From a virus (taxonomy: Duplodnaviria; Caudoviricetes), in the IMG/VR virus record IMGVR_UViG_3300025097_000039, positions 1 to 28,084 of that record: a stretch of DNA of 28,084 nucleotides; one strand, written 5' to 3'. Made by a program: the position numbers and the translations under genes. A model generated the notes under the pieces. It did no database searches. It was not told the DNA's origin and saw only the letters and a list, made by a program, of their open reading frames with translations. How positions within the stretch are numbered: the first letter of the stretch is position 1; each line of letters begins with the position of its first letter. Of this stretch, positions 16,895-26,300 are shown piece by piece.

Positions 16895-19867
16895 ATGCCT
16901 ATATTCCATGGAAGTAGTTATTACCACATAGAAAAAGGCCGAACAGGACCAACAGGGCCAACAGGACCAACTGGTCCTGGAGGGATAATGGGATTTGATA
17001 TTGGATCCACTGGTTCCACCGGTCCTTCAATTGTTGGAATAACTTTAGATTCTAACCAAAGAGTATTAACAACATTCATAAATGCTGATGGTACTACTTT
17101 TGGTGTGACCACCAATAATGAAATTGTTGGTCCTCCCAACAATGAAGTTAAATTGTTTGTTGCTGGGGAAAATGTTTCTGGTGTTGCCGGGGCTACATTA
17201 TTTAAAGAGAGTGTCGATACAAATTCGTTAACACTAAGGGTACTTGGTTCATCGGGTGATGTCTCTCTCCACACAAACGAAGAAGGGATTGAAATTATTT
17301 TCGATAGGGGAACCTTTGGTTATGTTAATGTAACGGGGGGCGGAGAAACTGGAAATATAATTGGTGTTAATTCTTCTGGAATAATTACGGGAATTCCTCG
17401 AACAAGATATAATCCATCAGAAGAAAACACAAGAACACCATTAACTCTTGTTAATAAAAATTTTGCAGAATATTTTTCCCATAAAGAAAGAACAACTAAG
17501 AATCCAACAAACGAAGAAGGTTATTATGTTGAAGACAGAGAAAATTCAATAGATGGGTTGACTGCATTAAATGTAGAATTGTTTCCATCAGAAATTAAAA
17601 ATCATCATAATGTATATTTTGATATTCGTGGCTTAGATAATTCTGTGAGTTGGGGCATTTCTGCTTCTGATAAGTATGCAGCGTGTTTCTTTGATATACA
17701 ATCGCCTCCTGAACATCTCCGGACCCAAACCAATACATTTATGTTGGTTACTGATGGTGTTAGTGGATCGTCTCAAGTTGGATTTAGTCAAAATGTTATA
17801 TTCCCGTTTGAAAAGGAACCTTGTTTTAGTGGTGGGATTGATATTACAAACTTCTTTTCAAAAAATAACATTTGGTATGGGATACCCGTTTATAGAAACG
17901 GGGAATTCGACGAAGATTCTTTATTCTCTTGTAAACCAGTCTCGGCAAATGCTAGTAATTTAGGTAGTACTGGAGCATGCTGCCAAGGAATTGATGATTG
18001 TATTCATATCGAACAATCATTATGCGATGGGTATTTTTATGGTTCCGGAACTACATGTGGATATACAGGAAATAGTGGAAATACTGGAAACATTTGCTAT
18101 GGTCGAGGAGCCTGTTGTATACGAAAAGTTGGTTCTCAAGAAAAATTCATTTGCTATGATAATATTACAGCAAACGAATGTATAAATTTTGATTTGTTGG
18201 ATGAATATGTTGCTGTGTATAACGGCGATGGGGTTAAATGCACAGACACGGATTGTAAATTCACCGAGATTAAAATGGGATATTGTTGTGATGGTCTGGG
18301 ACACTGTGTCAATGGAATATTAGAAACTTGCATGGATCATGGATTCTTTTTTGGAGAAACCGGCACTCCTTGTCAAAGCAACGATTATGGCCTTTATAAG
18401 TGGGACACGAGCAACAAGGAAACCCCCTGTTCTTCTGGAACAGGAGGTTGTTGTATAGATAAAATTTGTTATGATAATTATTCATATACAGACTGCATGA
18501 AAGGTGGTGGTTTGTTTGCGGGTGCTGGATCTTCGTGTGATTATATTAGTTGTCCCTCCGTCAAAGGTAATTTAAGCCGAGAAGAATGTTCGTTTTTGGT
18601 TGATGGAATACCATTACAGACTGGCGATCTGTATGCTGGTGGTATGGTGGTTGGAATGTTTAAACCCGGTCAAAGTATGTGTTTTGGTGCCACTGCGTTT
18701 GGTGGAAGAAACACCGATTATAGATCACTCCTTAATGGGAGCAATGGGGTCAGTGGTGGTTTGTATGTTAATAAACACGATTATCACGGTTATGGATTCT
18801 CGTTGGACCAATCAGAATACTCTCAGGAAACCATAACAAATCCAGATTCATATCTAATGATTGTTTCGATGGAACCTATTGCAATAACGGGAGACCGTGA
18901 AGTTGTGACATACCCAGAATCTTCGGGTGCTACTACAGAATTCTATTGGAACAACAACGGAAGTTCTTGGGGACCATTATATAACCAATATGGTGAATAT
19001 GATGATATTTCGCTTGATTATCATAAAAGATTCTTAAATTATAAAGAGGGATTTTGGTACAATTATAAACAAGGACACCTCTCGTTGGAAGATGTGGTTT
19101 CTAATACCTTTACGAGTAAGAAAAAAGCACACGCTAACGGTGAATACCCATATGAAAAATTACTAACTCGACCTCTCCAAAATGCAAATGGTATGTGGCA
19201 CAGAAACTGGGGTCTTTATAATTCAATTCGAATGGTTTCAGCAGATAATATTCTCCATGAAGGATATACAGGAGAGTATTCATATTCCTCATCCGATTTT
19301 GGTCCTGGATTAACTTCAGATTATATCTCTGCAATTCGGGCCACTCGTCTATTAGATGATGGTTTAACATCTGACTCACAAGGAATAACAGGAAACCCAG
19401 AAAATGTTTCAGGGTGGTATATCCCCAGTTATGATGAACTTTCATTCTTAGCAGCACATTGCTTATTGGATGATGATAATCCACACGGATTTAACTTAAA
19501 TATAGAACTAATGAAAAATGATGGTATTCCTTTGGGGGGTTATCATTGGTCATCGACCGGTTCTTTTGATGAAAATAATATAAACATATTAACAAATGTG
19601 TTCCCAACACTTCCCCATGAGGGTTTGTTCACAAATGAAAACGATATGGTCGCCGGAAGCGTTGCTTGGAGTATGAATTTTGATCTAAACGGAATTTCAA
19701 ACAATTTCATAACCAAGAAAAAGAAAAGAACAGAAGAAACCTGTAAGGTTAGACCCATTCGTTTGATTCGTTGTGATACTAGATATTATGGAGCAACTGG
19801 CGATGGGAATACTTTATGGAATATTCCTCCTCTATTGAAGGACAAAAACAAAGAGATTAATCAATAA
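16895..19867 (+). CDS. Long fibre/adhesin 1: collagen-like repeat, 4 GxCC repeats, DUF1566/CLec-like C-terminus
   Basis: The ATG at 16895 (MPIFHGSS) is preferred over the TTG at 16883 because it aligns with the paralogue starts. Motifs: GPTGPTGPTGP; GACC, GACC, GYCC, GGCC; GWYIPSYDEL, YHWSST, AWSMNF, KVRPIR. Confidence 0.8.
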   Translation: MPIFHGSSYYHIEKGRTGPTGPTGPTGPGGIMGFDIGSTGSTGPSIVGITLDSNQRVLTTFINADGTTFGVTTNNEIVGPPNNEVKLFVAGENVSGVAGATLFKESVDTNSLTLRVLGSSGDVSLHTNEEGIEIIFDRGTFGYVNVTGGGETGNIIGVNSSGIITGIPRTRYNPSEENTRTPLTLVNKNFAEYFSHKERTTKNPTNEEGYYVEDRENSIDGLTALNVELFPSEIKNHHNVYFDIRGLDNSVSWGISASDKYAACFFDIQSPPEHLRTQTNTFMLVTDGVSGSSQVGFSQNVIFPFEKEPCFSGGIDITNFFSKNNIWYGIPVYRNGEFDEDSLFSCKPVSANASNLGSTGACCQGIDDCIHIEQSLCDGYFYGSGTTCGYTGNSGNTGNICYGRGACCIRKVGSQEKFICYDNITANECINFDLLDEYVAVYNGDGVKCTDTDCKFTEIKMGYCCDGLGHCVNGILETCMDHGFFFGETGTPCQSNDYGLYKWDTSNKETPCSSGTGGCCIDKICYDNYSYTDCMKGGGLFAGAGSSCDYISCPSVKGNLSREECSFLVDGIPLQTGDLYAGGMVVGMFKPGQSMCFGATAFGGRNTDYRSLLNGSNGVSGGLYVNKHDYHGYGFSLDQSEYSQETITNPDSYLMIVSMEPIAITGDREVVTYPESSGATTEFYWNNNGSSWGPLYNQYGEYDDISLDYHKRFLNYKEGFWYNYKQGHLSLEDVVSNTFTSKKKAHANGEYPYEKLLTRPLQNANGMWHRNWGLYNSIRMVSADNILHEGYTGEYSYSSSDFGPGLTSDYISAIRATRLLDDGLTSDSQGITGNPENVSGWYIPSYDELSFLAAHCLLDDDNPHGFNLNIELMKNDGIPLGGYHWSSTGSFDENNINILTNVFPTLPHEGLFTNENDMVAGSVAWSMNFDLNGISNNFITKKKKRTEETCKVRPIRLIRCDTRYYGATGDGNTLWNIPPLLKDKNKEINQ
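16937..17028 (+). repeat. Collagen-like G-x-T triplets (fibre 1)
   Basis: GRTGPTGPTGPTGP...GSTGSTGPS. Confidence 0.85.
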
Positions 19868-22800
19868 TGATAAACGGAAGTAGTACAATACCAACCATAG
19901 GAGCAATGGGACCAACCGGAAACACTGGTCCTGCTGGTCTTGTCGGAGCCACAGGTTATACTGGTACAACGGGTTCAGTGGGACCAAGGGGTATTGGTAT
20001 TATTGGTGCTACTAGTGAAGGTAACGATAAAGTTATCTTTGAATTGACAGATGGAACAACCATTGGAACTACTGGATTTCGGGGATTAACCGGAGATCCA
20101 AATGATGCCCTTATCGAAGTTTTAAGTACTAAAGAAGGAAGCACATATGGAATTGTAATTCAAGGAACATCTGGTTCAACTGCATATTTTCGGGGAATAT
20201 ATTCTTCTGGTGATTTAACAATCGATTCGTCCACAGACACTATTGTTATTCATGGTAATGAATACACATATGGTATAATTGGTAATACTGCAAACAATTT
20301 CTTGTATATGAACAGTGGGAACAGTGCTCAGGGAACAGACGAATATACTAAATTTGATCATTTGGGTTCTGGTTTCACATACGGAAATTTATATCATTTA
20401 GCAGGAGAATTTAGAGAAGACAGTTCAAGCGGAAATATCATTTCTGATCCCGCAGTACCACCAACAAATTCTCATGAAATCACAAATGACTTTACAGACA
20501 CCGAAAAATTTAGATCTATACCATTTTCACATTATGGAGACAACGGTAACACATATGGTATTAATTTAGGAGTTTCTGGTGGAAGTGAAGAAGTATATTA
20601 CTTCAAGAAGACTGAAAAAATAACAGATCCATTTCTAACACCATATTCTTATAATTTTGGTTCTTGTTGTTTATGTACTGATGATGATAACGAAGAAACT
20701 ATAGACCATCTCTGTCTTGATTATGTAACTGATGCATATTGTGATTCTGTTGGTGGTGTTTTTGATTTAAATTCTTGTTATAATAGACCAGAAGGACCGG
20801 ATTGTGTTTCGAGTGGTAGTTGTTGTTTGTGGGGACGTTGTTACCCAACAACAAAAAATAACTGTGACACTCTGAAGGGATCATTTGCATCAGTTCCGTG
20901 TGGTACATTCGAATGTCCTGATCCATGTAGTACAGAAAATAATGCTTGTTGTATCGAAGGAAGTTGCTTTAACTTTACACAAGAAATTTGTATTGGTGTT
21001 GGTGGTGTGTGGTATGATATGATTTGCAATGATGCCCTTTGCTGTTTTGGTGGACTTCAAACAGGTGCTTGTTGTCACAACGAAGTTCCTCCTTGTGATG
21101 ATGAAGGAAATTGCCCCACAACACCAGAAGGAATAAAAAGATGCATGCAAATGTCTCCGCCGATGTGCTCAGAGACGGGTGGGGCATTTTATGGTTTCAA
21201 TACTTTATGCTGCACACCAGACTATATGGATGCGGGATGTGTTGAATGCTGCTCCTTCCCAGGAGATACCCAAAAAAGAGCATGCTGTGTTCCTGATTCA
21301 GAAGGAGAAAATTATACCTGTGTTCATGTAACGGAGAATGAATGTTTTGTGCAAGGTGGTATTTTTAATTCTCAATTACCAACTTGTATTGGTTCTCCCT
21401 GCTCACAATATTCAGGCGGAAGTGGTGGTAGTAGGTCATCGAATCCATTCTCCTCAGAAACTCCAAATTGCAATCCTTGTTTAACAAACGAAAGACAAGA
21501 GAAAACTGTTCAGTATGTGCCGGGCAAATACTACGAAGAATTGGGTGGTTATTTTATCGGTTATGTTGGTCATGACGATACTTGTGATTATGGAGATGTG
21601 TTGGGTGACCATCGATATCCTCTTGCTAAAGGTCAAATTAAAAAACAAATCGAAAAACATTCTAGAGATACCATCAAATATCTCCCCGGAATGGAGTGGG
21701 AATCTTTAGACATCAATTCTGATAACCCCGGTCCAAAATTGTCTAATGGTAAAAATTATAAAAACTACTCCGACCTTTACAGCAAGACCCCAGAAGAACA
21801 AAATAAAGATATTAATTATGGTTGGAATCCGTATGAAAATCACATTGCCCCTGATGTAGTATATTCATACACACTAACTAATTCTGATCATGTTTCAAAT
21901 CTTTATTCTGAAGATTATGATATTTGTTCTTTTAAACCAGATTTTGATTCCCGTTGTGCTACTCCTTCGGGCGATAATCAATTCTTGTATAATGTTTACT
22001 ATCCATATCTTTATGGTTGTCCATATGGATATAACGTATCGCCCGGTGAAGGTTATTATCAAGATTTCTATGTTGAAACTCCATACAGTTCATATTGTAA
22101 TACACATAACAAATGGGATATAAATTCAAAGGGTGAACAGATATATCCTTCTTTAATGTCTCTATATGGTTGGACTGAAGGAACAAGAAACAACCCGATC
22201 CATCCACATAATCCTCATTATACGCACTTTGCAAATAAAATTTACGGAAAGGATAAACTACATCGCCGCTGGGCTCTAGTGTTATCTCCCGTTGATATCG
22301 TAAACCCCAATAAAATTGATTCTGATATCAATTATATGTTAAACTGGGGGACAATGCAGAATGCTAATATAAATGAAGATGGTTCGTTTGTTGGTGATAT
22401 AATTGAAACAACGGAATATGATGGTTTATTAAATACAAGAATGTTTGATGACACATCATATAAAGAAAATTTATGGTTCTTTGGAGATGGTAAAGATTAT
22501 GAAAGATGGAATGCTTCATTTTGGCCTGACTCCGTTTCTTCAACAGATATTAATAATTCTTCAGAACAATTTAAAGAATCGTATCAGGAATATTGGGAAA
22601 CGATTAACCAAAACAATTCCTGTTTGTGGAATGTCTCAAACATTAACAACACGGGAGTAATGAACGACGGAGAACGGTTTGATTATCAAACTAATTATTC
22701 GGATTGGTATATCCCAAGTCTCACAGAACTAAATTATGTTTATTGGGCTACGAAAAACACCAACTTAAATAATCAACTGATTGGTAATGGTCATAAACCT

Positions 22801-23346
22801 CTAGTAGAAGATACATATTGGTCTTCTACAAGTGCTGACCGATGGTACGTCAATCCGTTTAATGGAAGTCATGTTCGACCAACACATATGAAATTTAATT
22901 GGGATTGGGATTCGTTTGAGGGACATGACGGAAATATGGGTCCAAGTTATCATCACATTAATGATTTTGATTCCATTTGGAATTCGCTGCCCTCCGACGA
23001 TTCAAATATAGATAAAGATGAAATAAGAAGAAAGGCTGGGAATGCCCACAGGATGTCATGTCAAATATTTAATGGATATCCCCATCCCGGACTAAACCAT
23101 CATCATTGTGGATATGATTCCCAAAGCCTATGTGAAGGTATGACAATTACCCCACTTCGTGATGAGGAAGTTGCTGCACTAAGATTAGTTAGAAGAGTTT
23201 TAGTATATTCAGCAGACACAGATACATGGATAAACGATTATGATCCGGGAGATATTAGTATTTCCAGAAAACAATATAATAAAGAAAATTCATGGAAAAA
23301 CGACAATTCGATAGATGATGGTATGAGAGGCTGTCTAAATAATTAA
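19867..23346 (+). CDS. Long fibre/adhesin 2: collagen-like repeat, 5 CC repeats, DUF1566/CLec-like C-terminus
   Basis: TAATG-coupled to the upstream gene. MINGSS...GPTGNTGPAG; GSCC, GSCC, NACC, GACC, RACC; DWYIPSLTEL, TYWSST, LRLVRRV. Confidence 0.8.
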   Translation: MINGSSTIPTIGAMGPTGNTGPAGLVGATGYTGTTGSVGPRGIGIIGATSEGNDKVIFELTDGTTIGTTGFRGLTGDPNDALIEVLSTKEGSTYGIVIQGTSGSTAYFRGIYSSGDLTIDSSTDTIVIHGNEYTYGIIGNTANNFLYMNSGNSAQGTDEYTKFDHLGSGFTYGNLYHLAGEFREDSSSGNIISDPAVPPTNSHEITNDFTDTEKFRSIPFSHYGDNGNTYGINLGVSGGSEEVYYFKKTEKITDPFLTPYSYNFGSCCLCTDDDNEETIDHLCLDYVTDAYCDSVGGVFDLNSCYNRPEGPDCVSSGSCCLWGRCYPTTKNNCDTLKGSFASVPCGTFECPDPCSTENNACCIEGSCFNFTQEICIGVGGVWYDMICNDALCCFGGLQTGACCHNEVPPCDDEGNCPTTPEGIKRCMQMSPPMCSETGGAFYGFNTLCCTPDYMDAGCVECCSFPGDTQKRACCVPDSEGENYTCVHVTENECFVQGGIFNSQLPTCIGSPCSQYSGGSGGSRSSNPFSSETPNCNPCLTNERQEKTVQYVPGKYYEELGGYFIGYVGHDDTCDYGDVLGDHRYPLAKGQIKKQIEKHSRDTIKYLPGMEWESLDINSDNPGPKLSNGKNYKNYSDLYSKTPEEQNKDINYGWNPYENHIAPDVVYSYTLTNSDHVSNLYSEDYDICSFKPDFDSRCATPSGDNQFLYNVYYPYLYGCPYGYNVSPGEGYYQDFYVETPYSSYCNTHNKWDINSKGEQIYPSLMSLYGWTEGTRNNPIHPHNPHYTHFANKIYGKDKLHRRWALVLSPVDIVNPNKIDSDINYMLNWGTMQNANINEDGSFVGDIIETTEYDGLLNTRMFDDTSYKENLWFFGDGKDYERWNASFWPDSVSSTDINNSSEQFKESYQEYWETINQNNSCLWNVSNINNTGVMNDGERFDYQTNYSDWYIPSLTELNYVYWATKNTNLNNQLIGNGHKPLVEDTYWSSTSADRWYVNPFNGSHVRPTHMKFNWDWDSFEGHDGNMGPSYHHINDFDSIWNSLPSDDSNIDKDEIRRKAGNAHRMSCQIFNGYPHPGLNHHHCGYDSQSLCEGMTITPLRDEEVAALRLVRRVLVYSADTDTWINDYDPGDISISRKQYNKENSWKNDNSIDDGMRGCLNN
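19900..19992 (+). repeat. Collagen-like triplets (fibre 2)
   Basis: GAMGPTGNTGPAGLVGATGYTGTTGSVGPRG. Confidence 0.85.
23335..23341 (+). promoter_or_regulatory. Candidate late promoter CTAAATA
   Basis: TAAATA core about 25 nt upstream of the ATG at 23367, overlapping the end of the previous gene. Confidence 0.45.
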
Positions 23347-23366
23347 TAACATTTGGAATTCTATTT

Positions 23367-26300
23367 ATGGTTTATATTGGAAGTAGCCGCATCAATGCGA
23401 GGTCAGTTGATGGTCCAACCGGACCCACTGGTCCAATTGGACCTATAGGACCGACTGGACCTTATCTTGGTCCTTCTGGGGACACTGGACCCACTGGGCC
23501 TACTGGTTTTTATGTTATCGGCGGTGAAACTACAGAAAACTTATTAATTTTAGAACTGTCAAATGGTGTTACCTTTGGACTGTCCGGATTGACAGCAGAA
23601 AACATTTCCATATATGATGCGTATGGTATAACATTTGAAATCCCTTCGGGTAATACTGGTGCTGATATTTTTAAAGAAGCACTGATTGGAAGTTCTGGAA
23701 CCACATTTTATTTTAAGAGCATTACCGGAAGTGGTTCTATTGAAGTATTACAAGAAGACGATGCTATTATTATTGTGGGTAACAATGATGCTCAAAATTC
23801 AGCATATGGTACACTAGAAAACGAAAAGGTTATAATAACTTCTTCGACTGATGGTTCGTCCAATCAAGACGAAGCAATGACTTCTCTTCTTGATTATGAT
23901 TCTTCTAGTGGAGTCATGGATTTTGAATTTAATAATACATTAAACCCGTATGCACTAAATACACTATTAATCAATTCAATTGAAAAAACACAATGGGCTG
24001 GTATAACCGGGGGAGATTGTTTAGGTGGTCCTTGTGTTCGAGGCGAAGGAATTTTCCTAGACATTACCAACACCTCAATTATAAAAATCCAAACACCAAT
24101 TGGTATCCAAGGAGTTACTGGAGATTTTAGAAGTGATGAATATCTATCATTTACTGCACTAATAGATGGAAACGAAATTTGGGACACTCCTTCTGATTTT
24201 AAAATTGAAGAAAATACATCGTTAGGTTGTGGTTTAAATGTTCTTCATTTTACCAGAAAACCCAACGAAGATTGGGAAATTGTTCTAGTTTCTAAAAATC
24301 ACGAAAAAGAGAGTTGTGAAATCATAGAAGCCTCTATTGGTTCTTGTTGCTACACCGAATATGATGAACAATCACAGCAATATTTTGATGCTTGTGTTGA
24401 TTATGTGACATATGATTATTGTATTTCTGAATTGTTAAATCCAACATTTAATTTATTAAGTCCTTGCTCTTTGAGTTGTTTTGGTGATGATGGTGAAATA
24501 TTAAATGGAATTTGTTGTCTTGGTGGAGATTGTTTTGATGACATATTGAACACAAAATGTTATCAATTTGGTGGAACATTTTGGCCCGAAATCCCTTGTC
24601 CTACAAAGGGTTTGTGCTGCGCAAACGATGGTGTGTGTATTGGAGACGTAACTTCTTTTTATTGTGACAGTAGACCCGGTGTTTGGTTTGATTATGAATG
24701 GGGTCCAAATTGTAGTTGGTGTGATGTAACAAATCCCGGAATATGTTGTGTAGATCAAGAATGTATAGAAGTTCCAAATGAACACCATTGTGATATTCTT
24801 GGTGGTGTGTTTTATTCTGGGGAACAATGCGGCGGAGACATATGTGATTTAAATGCTATTGGTTCTTGTTGCTTAGATATTAATTCCACTAGTGATATAA
24901 CATGTAAAGATACTGATGATTCTGATAATTTGATGACCCGAGGAGAATGTTTAAGTTTAGGAGGAACATTTAAAAATAATGTTTCCTGTTCTGAATTTGA
25001 AAAATGTTCTGTGGGGGCGTGTTGCGACAAAACAAATACAGACTGTGAACACACATGCTCCGAAGAAACGGGATTTATATGTGACGGCGGTGGTAATTCG
25101 TTTTATAGCACCAGAGAGTGTAGTAGTTTATCCTACGATGAATGCAATACATCGTTAGGTTGTGGTTTTTGTTGTAAATATTCCTATGTGTGTCAAGATG
25201 GTGTCGGGATTTGTGATTGTGACCAAGTCATGCAGTGGTATGAATATAAAGCAGTAACGGATGAGACGGAAGGGTGCACCGGAGGCTCGATGGACCGGTA
25301 CTTCATAACATGTTACGAGCACAATCCTGAATATTCGTGTGATAATATCTCGAATTCGGCCTACGTACCCTGTGGAGCCTGTGACGATCCCAATGATTAT
25401 AAGAACCCGTGTACTTCGGGGGGGTGCGAGCCGGGCGATGTTTGTGGCTGCCGCTGCGGGTACTGCCAACCTGATGCGGATTGCCCCTGTGGTGAACCCT
25501 GCGACTGTAGGTCGTTTGCTCCAATTCCCGGCGACGAGACAAGCAATTGTATTGACTGCGATATAGTAGGAGAGGATTTCTGTTGTGACCCATGTGATGA
25601 ACAGGGTGCTTGTTGTGTAAATATAGAAACAGAAGATTCTCTTGAAGACGAGTATGTTTGCGTTCAGCCAACACTACAAGATGGAACGCCCCATGGATGT
25701 ATTAGTGAACTACAATGTCAACTCTTGGATGGAACGTGGATTCCTGGTGCCACTTGTGGTGTTGTTGATTGTTGTGATCATGTTCCCCTAGAGGGTGCTT
25801 GTTGTACATTATGGGGGAATATACAACAATACGAATGTATAATTTCAACCCAATACGAATGTGCTGGTATATTCATGGGACACGGTTCCGATTGTGATAA
25901 TGATTTGTTGTGCGGATGTGAGGAATTTGGTGCTTGTTGTTTGAATGAATTTAATTGCATAGAATCAAGCGGAACATATTGCTCTGAACAGGGCGGAATT
26001 TTTAATGTTAATAGGTCATGCTTTGATGTTGATTGTGAAGTACTATTTGCGTTAGGTGCATGCTGTGATGAATATTATGGAACATGTGAGGAAACAGAAG
26101 AAGAAGAATGTGTAGGAGAATATAAAACTTGGAAGGGCGGAGGAACGCCCTGTTCTTGTCCTTTCGGTGATAATGATTGCACATATAGTGCTGTTCAAAT
26201 AGAGGAAACTGGAGTTCCCGAAAACCCAATAACAGAAACATTCAGTATTTTATTGGACAACAGAGCAACCAACGAAACATATGACACTTCATTTTTACAA

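Noticed and set aside
25827-25862. 12-bp repeat CAATACGAATGT x2 (QYEC..QYEC)
   Set aside because: Short local duplication within a Cys repeat, with no further structure.
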